Source: Haliotis cracherodii
Lineage: Eukaryota
Length of the DNA: 64,000 nt
Assembly: GCF_022045235.1 (NCBI RefSeq)
Contig: NW_027266341.1
Span: 58,838,001 to 58,902,000, forward strand
Reading direction: 5' to 3'
Part shown: positions 1 to 11,850 of the stretch, one piece after another
Numbering within the stretch: the first letter of the stretch is position 1
Layout: each line of letters opens with the position of its first letter
Position numbers and translations under genes: made by a program
The notes under the pieces: model-generated
The model's input: the letters and a program-made list of their open reading frames with translations, nothing else
The model's database searches: none
Told to the model about the DNA's origin: nothing

Positions 1-395
1 ACCGGTGAGCATACAAAGTTTCACAAAGAATTACCAAACCGTTTATGACTCCAGAAACAAACACTACACTCATTTGAACAAGAGTCTAAGTCTAACATTC
101 CAGAATAGCAAAAGGCACCAGTTCAGCACGTGTCTGATGTGTTACAAAATAATGAACAAAGTTTGACAGAGAACCACTGAAAGGTTTTTGATTTTTGCTC
201 CGGAAACTAACACTACCCTCACTGGAACCTAAGTCCAAATTGTGCCCTTTGCAACACGAAAAAAATAAAATAAAAACAATCCTCATCATCAACAGGCACC
301 AATTCATGACATGCTTGATGTGCATACCAAGTTTCACAAATACATGATAAATGGTGTAAGAGTCATGCTCCAGAAACGAAACAAAATGAAACATG
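1..395. repeat. Degenerate ~150-170 bp tandem units of Helitron/Helentron-like mollusc repeat type
   Basis: aagtt(t)(c/g)aca and ctcc(a/g)gaaac motifs each recur three times (~50, ~198, ~368). Confidence 0.4.
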
Positions 396-401
396 ACAGA
401 T

Positions 402-662
402 GGTTGGTTTGTTGTTTAATGCCGCACTCAGCAATATTACAGCTATATGACGGCGGTCTGTAAATAATCAAGTCTGGACCAGACAATCCAGTGTTTGACA
501 TCATGAGCATTGATCCACGCAATTGGGATCGATGACATGCATCAACCAAGTCAGCGAGCCTGACCACCCGATCCTGTTAGTCGCCTTTTACGACAAGCAT
601 AGTCACCTTTTACGGCAATCATGGGTTGCTGAAGACCTATTCTACCCCGGAATCTTCACGGG
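402..662 (-). mobile_element. SINE-like family C (structured non-tRNA head, LINE-type tail), full length
   Basis: Other copies near 5745, 10765(+), 17195, 21235, 21830(+), 22772, 23070(+), 23665, 44555, 53620(+). Confidence 0.85.
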
Positions 663-855
663 TATAACAATAATTATAAAGGTAAATATATTAAGGAGAT
701 AAAAATAATGTGTTCAAGATTTACAGGTGTTATTGAGTACTGAAATCTTCTAACAACATTCCATGTTTCCCTCTAGCAGGCTACGGGAAGATTAGTGTGC
801 GTTAGTTGTACGTTCTGGTTATACCGTATCTACTGCCACCAGCCCCACAGCTTAC

Positions 856-882
856 CTGCACGTCTGCCCCCTACTCCCTTGC
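856..882 (-). CDS. Possible small 27-nt exon of the same gene
   Basis: gttccag acceptor and CAG|GTAAGC donor; open in phase 1 and phase 2; connection to the previous exon not established. Confidence 0.4.
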
Positions 883-923
883 CTGGAACACAACAGTCTC
901 TCTCAACTACCTGACATTAGCTA

Positions 924-1503
924 CAATCTCACAAAATCAGATCTTAGTTCTTGCTACCACCAAAAAAAAGATCTGAGGACATTCCAATACAGGATATGTC
1001 AGAATGACCTTTGACTGAACAACGAAAAAACATTAGCCAATCAGAAAGCAGCTTTCTCGAGCTATGCTGCACTAGTTTCAATCTGGCAACTTCCATTCCA
1101 GATTATGCTTGAAAAGTACTTTGACAAAATTTGCGTTTCAAAAATTGAAAACTGAACAAAAGAACATTCTGGAATGTCTTATAGATTGCCAACATTAAAT
1201 GGCAGTACTTCCCAAAGGCTAGGGTAAAATCTTTTCCATTTAAAATGGTAATCCCATTGAAACGAGAGCTAGACGATGATTTTGACGGAATCAGTCATAC
1301 ACCCCATAAATGTCTCTCGGAATACCCAGTGTTAACCTTTTCGAGATTGCATGATTAGAAAACAAATTTCGACTGTTACTTTCCTGATCTGTTGAGCAAA
1401 ACTCTGATTGATCGGATTTAATGTCGTCTTGAAGTGAGCCGTCATGGGATGACCTGAAATCTTTGTTTGTTGCAAGAACTAAGATCTGATTTGAAGCTGA
1501 TTG
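924..1503 (+). mobile_element. Non-autonomous AcademH-like DNA transposon with RecQ helicase relic
   Basis: CAATC...GATTG ends, ~40-bp TIR (aaatcagatcttagttcttgc), degenerate 9-bp TSD CATTAGCTA/TATCAGCTA, internal LKTEQKNILECL...MAVLPKG*GK. Confidence 0.7.
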
Positions 1504-2182
1504 TATCAGCTAGCACAATACAACCACTGGGTACACTCTGAACACCCATGTCACTGACACATCTTAGTGATGACAGAGTTCCTGTACACAATAATCACTG
1601 ATAAACACAATAATACTGACAAGATAGCATGGAGGATCAACTTCATTATTACAATTGTGGTAAGGTTTCAGTGTACACTCTAACCCTGTCATCAAGCAGG
1701 TGATATACAAGCCAAGTGACCATATATAAACACAGGTAGACATTGTTATTATGAATTATATATTATCAACCAGTGGTTGACAGTCATCAGGGCTTGAATA
1801 AATGCAGTCAAGTCTGTATCCTAAACCCATTCTGCCTCTGACTCCGTCTGAATGGAAAGCGCAACATACCAAACAACAAATTCCATCTCTAATGTAAACA
1901 GATTTTGTTTGTTTGTTGTTTAATGTGTCTCCAAAAGAATGCGACTGCTTACCCCTAGCCAAAAATGTGACTCAATATGAATAATACACCCCCTCCTCTC
2001 AAGCATCAGTGGATTTATATTCAAAGAAAATATCCTCCATCAGGTGAACAGGAGAATCCTCACCTTAATCCAATTTTACAATAATCAAATCACAAACCAA
2101 ATAGCACCGCATATTAGTGCTGAGTAGAGTACTTCCACTAAAACAACACATGCTCGCTGGCTCGTGTCGCAAAGAACAAAGA

Positions 2183-2412
2183 GTGCTAGCACACTGAGAT
2201 TCCATGCTGCAGTTTAACATGAATACCCCACTCAGACACAGTATACTGACTCCGAGCCGACCAGTCCTTGTTTTAGCCTCTTAATGCCGAGCGCCAGACA
2301 GGGTAACAACAAGTACCATCTTTTAACGTCTTTTGGTATGACGCGGCCGGGGATCGAACCCCGGACCTTCCGCTCTCTGGGCTGACGCTCTACCATTAGA
2401 CCACGGAGGTGG
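2183..2412 (-). mobile_element. SINE family A (tRNA head, Meta/MESC-type core), 3'-truncated
   Basis: High similarity to the full copy at 63094-63432. Confidence 0.85.
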
Positions 2413-2631
2413 TGCTGCTCAATAAACAGTGATGTGGAATACATACTTGTTTATTTTCAGCATATCATAGAATGTCTAAGTTGGTATTCCTGCTATCCAA
2501 AATGTCTTATTGTTGATATAAATGCGATGTTTGATAATGCGAGCTAAGACCACTTGCATTTTTCGCATTTAATTCATGCTCGCGTTAATGTCAAGATTTA
2601 CTGTATTTGACATCATTCAACAAAGACATAC

Positions 2632-2897
2632 CTCTCAATACCAGCTGCATCTTCTGGGTCCAGCATGTTTTCGTCAGGTTCAGTTTCAACCTCACTGTCT
2701 GAGTCGGACTCGGGCACGTTCTGCAGCTGCTGAGACTCTGGTCCTAGTGATGCTCGTGTGTAGTCTGGGAACAACACCTCCCTCACCTTGGCTGGGGGGA
2801 TGTCCAGCTTGGGGGGAGCTGGGTTCCAGTAGACCCGAGACTCATCACTCCCTATACTTATCTTCTGACCATCTACACTGATGTCACACTGGACAAA
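2632..2897 (-). CDS. TTC6: TTC6-like exon (...SRVYWNPAPPKLDIPPAKVREVLFPDY...AAGIE)
   Basis: ccccag acceptor, AG|GTATGT donor; recalls TTC6 KLFWNTAAPKFSVPESVMKETLYPKY (from memory). Confidence 0.85.
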
Positions 2898-3115
2898 CTG
2901 GGGATGAAACAGGCTGGGTATCATATAATGTACGTATAGTTGAGAGAGTTAGATCAGATTTGCTTTATTACCATGACATAATGTCTATAAGTATAGATAT
3001 TATCAAAAAGAAAAATAATGTAGAATTACCAATATACCAGCTACATGATGTAACTGAAATGATGAACAACAATACAATGACATGCTATCAACCAAGTCAA
3101 TGAGCCTGACATCTT

Positions 3116-3347
3116 CCTGATGCAAGGGAGTTAACTGACTATAAAAGTCCAGTTTCCATCCTTGCCGAATATAATGCCATTTCATTTGAAGCTAATGCAA
3201 GTGATATGAGAGGTGGAATCTGATTGGTCGATACAATGGACATTAATAGCCACTGGTGGCGCTACGATTGAGCCCAAAAATTCCATCCTAGTTCGGCAAG
3301 GGTGGAAGCTGTACTCTTATAGTGAGTTAACTCCCTTGCCTCAGGGA
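3116..3347. mobile_element. Palindromic MITE with ~55-bp TIRs
   Basis: gcaagggagttaactgactataaaagtccagtttccatccttgccgaa is inverted at 3291-3347; a related copy starts at ~10341. Confidence 0.75.
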
Positions 3348-3464
3348 GAATGTGAGCCTGTAACTCAATTCATGAGTTACCCTACAACAACCATAGATTG
3401 TTTGGGCCATAGATTTTTTTGCGCTAAAAACACCTTCCTTGTTTACTTATACATGTCAACTTGT

Positions 3465-3812
3465 GAGGTGAGGTGGTTAGGTGAAATAGGGTTAAAAGTC
3501 CAAGATTATTGCGCTTATACAGCAATGTGCATGCACATGTTTATGTGGCTGCTTGTACCAGTCCGGACTGATGCCGATTTATAGTGCTAGCCCACTGAGA
3601 TACCATGCCGCAGTTTAACATGAATACCCCACTCAGACACAGTATACTGACTCAGAGCCAACTAGTCCTTGATTTAGCCCATTAATGCAGAGCGTCAGAC
3701 AGGGTAACAACAAGTACCATCTTTTAACGTCTTTTGGTAAGACGTGGCCAGGGATTGAACCCCCGACCTTCCGCTCTCCGGGCAGATGCTCTACCACTAG
3801 ACCACACAGGGG
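3465..3812 (-). mobile_element. SINE family A
   Basis: Head, core and (CACCT)n tail present. Confidence 0.85.
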
Positions 3813-4262
3813 AATCCCCTCATCTCCACACAGCAACATGTTATTGCCTTCTGAGAACATCATCATGACACACATCAGCAGTAACTGTGACTCATGCATC
3901 CAAACTGTCTTACACAAATTAAAGTCAGATGAAACATTAACAACTGTTGCCTATTAAACTGTCTAGGGATAAGACCCATGTTTATTCTATTTGAAAACCA
4001 TATAGCATTCTAATGCATTTATATTTTATCTTCAAAATATATAAATAAAATCAGTCAGGAAATCTCTTGGGTGAAAAATATGAATGTATAAAGAATTATA
4101 TGTAATCTTAAAAATTAAAGATTTTAGCATCAAAATATGAGGTGAGGTGAAATTAATGTATAAAAGGACAATATGTAGTCTTATAGTTTTATAGTTCAAA
4201 TCATATGAATAAACTGAATCTTTTTGGAAAAATGAATCGGTAAATAAACTTGATGTCCCTAC

Positions 4263-4433
4263 CACTTTCTCTGCCCTCTGCTGCCACGCCTCCAGTGTGT
4301 CCTCCGACCCCACCTGACCTGCTTCATCAATGACCCGCTGGGCAATGATCGACATCCGCTCATCCTCATCTTCCTCCACAGACTCCTCCTCTATAGCGTC
4401 TGGAGCCGGTACTGCAGGACCCATCGCACCAAA
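4263..4433 (-). CDS. TTC6: TTC6-like exon (FGAMGPAVPAPDAIEEE...EDTLEAWQQRAEKV)
   Basis: gtccag acceptor, GTG|GTAGGG donor; phase 0. Confidence 0.8.
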
Positions 4434-4924
4434 CTGGACAACAGGGAAAACATGCTCAGTTTGAATGTAACACCCACCAGACACTGAATCCCTTTACCCT
4501 TGATCTCAAGCAGCATCTCACCACTAACTCCCCAGGTGCCCATTGCGCCTTGATAAACACTTTATTCACGAAATGCCCCCGAATGATTATTTTTTCAAAG
4601 GTTATATTTTGGGGCATACTGTTAATATTTCCTTACCACATATTCCTAAGTTTCAAAGGTATGCCAAATCAGCTCTACTGGAAGCACTCATAACATCTCC
4701 AATATCATCATCATCATCATCATCATCATACCTTTGTTTAAGGGAACATTCTAAATGAACTACTTTAGATAAGAAATGCAAAGAGAAGATAATGACAATG
4801 ATACTATCAGCATCTTTAAACTATGTATACTCTCATTGTTTATCAAATTTATCTAATCAAAAGACCATTTCAAAATGGATGACCAATTACATAGTCATCT
4901 TGGCCTAAAAGACCTAGTCAGAAA

Positions 4925-5360
4925 AGCATGGTGATGAACCTTTTTCGCTTTCTTAGCCTAAAAATACTATTCATAAAAACATGGTGATGAGGAACTTTAT
5001 TAGGTTTCTTGGCCTAAACTACTTATTAAGATGAGGAACTTTATTAGGTTTCTTGGCCTAAACTACTTATTAAGATGAGGAACTTTATTAGTTTTTCATG
5101 CCTAAACTACTTATCAAGATGAGGAACTTTATTAGGTTTCTTGGCCTAAACTACTTATTAAGATGAGGAACTTTATTAGGTTTTTTGGCCTAAAATACTT
5201 ATTAAGATGAGGAACATTATTAGGTTTCTTGGCCCAAAAGACCTACTCATAAAAGCATGGTAATGAGGAACTTTATCAGTTTTCTTGGTCTTAACTACTT
5301 ATTTATGCGAGCATGGTGATGAGGAACTTTATCAGTTTTCCTGGCCTCAACTACTTATCT
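4925..5360. repeat. 44-bp minisatellite (~9 units, intronic)
   Basis: gatgaggaactttattaggtttcttggcctaaactacttattaa at 5030, 5074, ... Confidence 0.9.
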
Positions 5361-5378
5361 ATATAAGCATTAACTCAC

Positions 5379-5723
5379 CCTGTAGGGTTGAGCTGGGAAG
5401 GATGATGAGAACTGGTCTGGAGTGTGGTACTTCCGGCCAACATTCTGGAAATGCTTGGGCAGCTGGAACTCGGATGTCATCTTACAAAAGTGATGGATGC
5501 TCTTCTTCCCCCCTTCATCTTCTACCTCAGAGGTCGGCATGTACTTCCTCTCTGTCGTCGGGGCCCATGAGGAAAGGAAGGACACAGAGGTGGAGTAGAC
5601 AGGAAGGCGTGGTCCGGTGAAGGGGGTGGGGATCTGTCGATCCTGCAGCTCCTTCTGTGTACCCTCCACCTTCACCAGGTCCTCATATGTGGCTGTGGGT
5701 GGGGCGAGCAGGTCCTCATATGC
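5379..5723 (-). CDS. TTC6: TTC6-like exon (AYEDLLAPP...SIHHFCKMTSEFQLPKHFQNVGRKYHTPDQF...YR)
   Basis: ccccag acceptor, AGG|GTGAGT donor; recalls TTC6 LHDLCTTIPAQELPVDLRLASRVYHT (from memory). Confidence 0.85.
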
Positions 5724-5977
5724 CTGGGGAGACAAGAGTGAGTGACTTGTTTAACTCCGTATTCCTGCACTATCATGACAGGTCAATAATGGTCTGAATC
5801 AGGCAAACTAGTGACTGAAAGCAATAGCAGTGATCCAGGCCTTTGGGTTGTGATGACATTGCTTCAACTGACCAATCAGCACTGAAACTTGACATGGGCA
5901 AACATCAGAAAGATCTTGGGTACACTCATTCCCTCTACTCTTATGGGTAAAGTCAGACAATATTGACTGTCTCCTAC

Positions 5978-6145
5978 CTGGCGAATATCAACTCCCACAT
6001 CAGCTGCTGATTCTTCCTCTAGCCGATCCTCCTCCTCCTCCTCCTCCTCCTCCTCCTCTTCGTCCATCTCAATGAGGCTGTCCAGTGTAGTGGTGGTTGC
6101 AGCTGTAGGCGGGGGAACATCAGGGATTACCGGGGGAGGGAGCAT
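5978..6145 (-). CDS. TTC6: TTC6-like exon with poly-Glu tract (MLPPPVIPDVPPP...EEEEEEEEEEEDRLEEES...DIRQ)
   Basis: ttccag acceptor, CAG|GTAGGA donor; phase 0; (GAG)n microsatellite inside. Confidence 0.8.
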
Positions 6146-6839
6146 CTGGAACACATATAGTCACACATCTACATCCACAAATATTAAAACTTGTTTCACA
6201 AGCTACATGTACTTTTAATACAATCAAAGCCTGACAACACTTTCTTTGAAAGTTTTGCAGATGTGGTAAAAAGCAAAATGTTCAGAAATCTTTAAATCAT
6301 AGTCTACATGTCGCAAAAAAACATGTTAAAATTTTGGTGAAAAAAAAAAAAGTTGAAAGATAAATTTGAGTAAATTTTGTGGTTTATGCTGAAAGCCTGA
6401 AATGATACAACAGAAAAGTCTGTGCGTATTGTACACGACAGATACATTTTCCAGAATTTAATTGCCCATTATTAAGGGTGCATATAACACACGAGTGCAT
6501 ATTATACACGAATAAATAAGTCTTGTGTACATTGATCAATTGGAAGGGGTGCTAATTGGGATTGTTCATTAGCCAATATATTAGCAAATATCGCTGTGGG
6601 CGCTTATTAGAGAGGGGTGCTTTTTATGTAAAAGACGGTATGCCCATTACAAACAAACCTGGCATTTACAAAAAGTGAAAACTATAAAGACTGACCACAC
6701 AACTGCAAAATGATTTTGGTTTCAATTCCCATACAAAAACTTTTTATAAGTATGAAAAATGTCACAAACAGGTTAGTGTAAACAATACTAAAATAAATTA
6801 ATAACAGAAATAAACATAGCTCAGCACAACAACACTGAC

Positions 6840-6874
6840 CTGCTCCGTGGGGAGGACCTCAGCACGGAATGTAT
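6840..6874 (-). CDS. TTC6: TTC6-like exon (DTFRAEVLPTEQ)
   Basis: gttgtag acceptor, CAG|GTCAGT donor; phase 1 to 0. Confidence 0.7.
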
Positions 6875-6887
6875 CTACAACACAACA

Positions 6888-7499
6888 ACATCAGAATTAT
6901 CAGGTATTAACAAAACTCAGGCCTCAGAATAATGGTTAGAGTCATTAGTCAGAAATTATTCCTGGTGATATTTTCAGTACAAAATCCATAATATATTTCA
7001 CTCAAATGTATGGATGCAATTTCGTGTAAACTATTGTAATGACTCCACAAAGATGGTTGGCTAGTCCATGGATTACAGATAGAGACATAGACAAAACAAT
7101 AGTTACATCAGAATTATCAGGGATTTACAACACTCAGGCCTCAGAGTCATTAGTCAGAGACTGTTCCTGGTGATATTTTTGGTACAAAATCCATAATATA
7201 TTTCACTCGAATGTATGGATGCAATTTCGTGTAAACTATTGTAATGACTCCACAAAGATGGTTGGCTAGTCCATGGATTACAGATAGAGACATAGACACA
7301 AGAATAGTTACATCAGAATTATCAGGGATTTACAACACTCAGGCCTCAGAGTCATTAGTCAGAGACTGTTCCTGGTGATATTTTCGGTACAAAATCCATA
7401 ATATATTTCACTCAAATGTATGGATGCAATTTCGTGTAAACTATTGTCATGACTCCACAAAGATGGTTGGCTTGTCCATGGATTACAGATAGAGACATA
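6888..7499. repeat. ~206-bp tandem repeat x3 filling an intron
   Basis: acatcagaattatcagg at ~6888, ~7104, ~7310. Confidence 0.9.
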
Positions 7500-7532
7500 A
7501 GCCTGGTCCAAGCATCCCTGCATCCTCCCCAC

Positions 7533-7598
7533 CTTCTAACACGTCCTCATCCTCTTCGGGGATACGGTCCGGCACACTCAGATCTCCCTTCACTCGGT
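7533..7598 (-). CDS. TTC6: TTC6-like exon (DRVKGDLSVPDRIPEEDEDVLE)
   Basis: gttaag acceptor, G|GTGGGG donor (an alternative GC donor near 7502 is possible); phase 1. Confidence 0.6.
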
Positions 7599-8032
7599 CT
7601 TAACAGAGAGATACAGACTGGCTGATACATATGACACATCATCTTATCTGACTGTGGAAAAACAGTTAAATGAAAAGCATATTATTCATATTTAACTCAA
7701 GGACTTATTTTGTTCTACATATAAATATTTAATCACTTAATACATAATAGATATGGGTATCACATTTATGTCAAGGGATGAAACACGTAAATTCTTTAGG
7801 CCCTACTTATATATGTTGATATTTATTTGTAGATGTTGAATATGAATTCATTTGTTATATAATAGGCATAAATATTCATTTGATGAAACTATCAGATTAT
7901 TGTTAATGTTAAAATTCTACTGAAATCTCAGAATTAGTGTGTGAAAGTAGAACAAAATCAAAAGAAATGGAAGTGACTGTATGTTAACTGTACATCAGTG
8001 TCCGTCGTGGAGTGTCTGAGGGATGTCTAGTG

Positions 8033-8305
8033 TGTGAGTGAGTGAGTGGGGTTTAACGCCGCTTTTAACAGTATTCCAGTTATATCGCAGCGTGTCAGCT
8101 TAACGTGGGAGGAAAGCCTGAAGTGATGCAGGTCTCAGACGTTTACCACTTCGGTGAAACCCACGAGCACAGATATGGTGCTGACAAACCTAGAAACATA
8201 ATTGGGGCGAACTGGGATTCGAACCCCTCAATCATAGGTTTCTGGCGTGCCCAAGGGACACAACTCTGCATAGTGAATCACTGCGCCTTAGACGACTTGG
8301 CCACA
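8033..8305 (-). mobile_element. SINE family D (tRNA-Leu-like head, V-SINE-like core, (CACT)n tail)
   Basis: A box TGGCCAAGTCGTCTAAGGCGC, B box GGTTCGAATCCC, GTGGGTTTC...TTTCCTCCCAC; other copies near 9398, 18185(+), 20732, 43838(+). Confidence 0.75.
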
Positions 8306-9397
8306 CGTGATTTCAACTGTACTTCAGCTATTTCACAGACTGTCTGCTTAACGTGGGATGAAACCCAAACCTCGGCAGGTCGTAGACCACCTTGGTGAAA
8401 TGTATGAGCATGACAATGGTGCTGACAGACCATAAACAATGTGAGTCTGGGATTCAAACCCATGATAACAACTGGGGCAAATAGGATTGAAACCACAACC
8501 AGCAGATCCTGGTAGCTAAGGGACACAACTCTGCCCACATTGAACAAGGAATATCAAGCTCCTTCCCAGCGCGTGACACCTTTGTTACACTCTCGGTAAC
8601 ATCGCTGCGACCAGTGTGGGCGCGGCCATTACAGGAATCTTTAAATTTGCCCTCTAACCCCATATGTAGTAATGTTTATACTTTTGTTTATGTCTTTGGG
8701 AATGACCTCATATTTCATTTTGAAAAGGTTTACGACTGACCATGTTTTCCAGATGAATTTACTTTGTTGTTTTAATAATCAGATTGGTTCGAGATTGCAG
8801 ACTAACGGAAAATCAACCACTTCTCCCTTACATTCTTACTATATCAATAACATGATAGTTTTAATGAAATAGAAATTCAAATTGACAAACAAGGAAAGTA
8901 ATTTATCAGCGGTAAGTGTATTCGGCGTCACAACAGTCGTCACTTGTTTGTAAACATAACGGTCATTCGGGTGCGAGTTCAACTCCAAGCATGGTTGGGG
9001 CCACCTATCACAGTGGGGAGTTTTGACTGGTGGCAGCGATAGTATAGAGAGCACCGGGAATGGACTATCGCTGTGAGGAGATTGAGAGAATATGTCAGTG
9101 TTACTGTTCATTAGAGACTTTTGGTTAGAATAGGTGCTAAAATATTAAGATTTAATTATAAAAATATTGTTTGTTAGTTCATGATGTTTAACATTCAAGT
9201 CAACAATCTACAGGTATATTCTAGCATCTTCAAATACTTGCTTAAAAAAAGGGTTGATAGTGTGAGCATGTATGCCACATGGGTAGAAAAGTACACTTTA
9301 TCACACCTCCATGTCAGAATGATGAGATCTGATTGGTTCATTGTCTGATAACATTGTGACCAGCCAGTTCCTATTATAAAGTCATCTCACACAATAG

Positions 9398-9635
9398 TGA
9401 GTGAGTGAGTTGGGTTTAACACCGCTTTTAACAGTATTCCAGTTATATCGCGGCGTGTCAGCTTAATGTGGGAGGAAAGCCTGAAGTGATGCAGGTCTCA
9501 GACGTTTACCACTTCGATGAAACCCACAAGCACAGGTATGGTGCTGACAAACCTAGAAACATAATCGGGGCAAACCGGGATTTGAACCCACAATCATAGG
9601 TTTCTGGCGTGCCCAAGGGACGCAACTCTGCACAG
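9398..9635 (-). mobile_element. SINE family D, 5'-truncated
   Basis: Near-identical to the 8033 copy. Confidence 0.8.
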
Positions 9636-10152
9636 CCAATCCCGTGCCCCCTTCTCACACAATAAGCACAGGGTACTTGCCCCAGAATCCCTCCAAGGGA
9701 ATCCTGTCTGGATTTATTTCCAGATATAGGGCAGCAAAAGTAAATTGTTCCAAATTCACAGAGGATAGATTCTTTAGTCAAAATCCAGAAAACAGTTAGA
9801 ATAAAATGTAAATTGTTACTGGGTAGTAGGAACTAGAAATTGAAATATATTTGTAAAAATATTTCCTTATACCAGTAAAAAAACTTTATCCAATTGAAAA
9901 TAAAATATATGATAAAAGACTCACAAATATAACTCAACTGAGGGATCTTTTGAATTAGACCTATAATCGTGATAATGAGTAAATTATTTGACGATATATT
10001 GATATAGTGTTACTGATATATCTTTGTTTTCAGAACTGCAATGGCTATTTGAGTCAAGAAGCAATAAGAAATAGTATTATCCTGTAAGTAACAAATCAAC
10101 ACATGCATCAAAACACAAGAGATATTACATTCAATTTTACATTAAATGAAAC

Positions 10153-10187
10153 CAGAGACCATATAATAGACTATTATATGGTCTCTG
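10153..10187. mobile_element. 35-bp perfect palindrome with 7-bp TSD (P-type mini-MITE?)
   Basis: CAGAGACCATATAATAG-A-CTATTATATGGTCTCTG flanked on both sides by ATGAAAC. Confidence 0.7.
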
Positions 10188-11120
10188 ATGAAACAGACAT
10201 ATGACACGCATACTCGTTTATCCAGTGTGTGAAATCTCCATTCTATTATGATAAATACCCTTGGACTCTTAACACTATAGCTGAGGTTCAGACGTCACGT
10301 CATCAGCTCCCTCACTCTTCCTGCCTCTTCTGGACCATCTTCCCGAGGCAAGAGAGTTAACTGACTTAAAAAGTCCAGTTTCCACCCTTGCCGAAATAGG
10401 CTTGAATTCCTGGGCTCGATCGTAGTGCCACCAGTGGCTATTACGAGTTATGTCTCTTTTAAGCCTCTCCCATTGACCAATCAGATTCCACCTCTCGTAT
10501 CACTTGCATTCGATTCAAACTAAATGGCGGCGCACAGTCAAGACGATCTGATCGATAATCAAGATCTATAACGGGTCTTACATTGCAAAGTGTATCAAAT
10601 CACGTGAGCACCTTGCTTAAAATCATGAAAAGATTTGGAAAATATCTGTTAACAACGAGTTGGCGGTGCACATGCTTTGCAAATCCTGCAATCGATCGAA
10701 ATCAGCATGACAGTTTACGAACCGGATTTCGATTTCGTTGCGCAATTTTGATTGGACTATACACAGACCTGATTATTTACAGACCGCCGTCATATAGCTG
10801 TAATATTGCTGAGTGCGGCGTAAACAACAAACCAACCAACCAACCAACCTTGGTATTAACAAAGGGGGTTTATTATACTAAAAAAAATTCAGGTTGCATA
10901 ACCTTTTTGACTTGCTCAAAAGTCAAGTTGAACACTCGTGATATATCTCTTGTTTTAATCATGTAATAATATTGGGCGTCTATTTTTTTTTAGCTTTGTC
11001 TTTTAATCCAGACTCAAAATGGTGGCAAATAGGCCCAGACTCCCGGGTATAGAATGGAGATATGATACACTGGATAATCGGGAATGTATCACATGTGATA
11101 GAGAAAGATATGAAGTATAC

Positions 11121-11228
11121 CAGGGTCATCTGCGGCTAGAATGACATCAATGTCAGGAGTCGGAACAGAGGATGAAGTCTCGTCGCCAGTTTGAGGAGTT
11201 ACCTCCCTTGTGTTATCAGCATCTTCAT
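11121..11228 (-). CDS. TTC6: TTC6-like exon (EDADNTREVTPQTGDETSSSVPTPDIDVILAADDP)
   Basis: ccctag acceptor, G|GTATAC donor; symmetric phase 1. Confidence 0.7.
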
Positions 11229-11537
11229 CTAGGGTTACGCAGCACAATAAAACACACAGAGACAAGCAACTGAGGAACATCTAGCTATAGGAAAGAGGTG
11301 AAATAAACAACCTACTAATAACTACATCAATTAAAAGTGAAATATTTCTATAATCAAATAAAAAAAATCAAACTAAACTCAAATGGGTATGACAAGCTGG
11401 ATTATGCAAGTCCTATTCTGGAAAGCTATCTATGGTATTATATCATTTAGAAAATGAATGATTTTACAAAATATTGTTTCATGCAATAGTTAACAATATC
11501 ACAATGTTGACCTGTAAAATCCCCTCGTCTGGTCATG

Positions 11538-11850
11538 GGGTGAGGTAAATTGGGTTTAACATCGCGTTCCAAGATTATTGCACTTATATAGCGTGTGTGG
11601 CTGCTTGTACTTGTCCGGACTGATGCCGATTTTATAGTGCTCGCCCACTGAGATACCATGCCGCAGTTTAACTTGAACACCCTACTCTGACACAGTTTAC
11701 TGACTCCGGGGCGACCGGACCTTGTTTTAGCCCCTACAGCCAAACGCCAGACAGGGTAACAACAAGTACCATCCTTTAACATGTTTTGGTATGTCGAGGC
11801 CTGGGATTGAAGCTGTCGGGCGGAAGCTTTACACTAGACCGATGGCGGTC
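11538..11850 (-). mobile_element. SINE family A (diverged)
   Basis: Similarity to the family A copies. Confidence 0.8.

Noticed and set aside
2232-2444. Recurrent ORFs containing KDVKRWYLLLPCLAL, or starting MVRLADLV
   Set aside because: Translations of SINE families A and C
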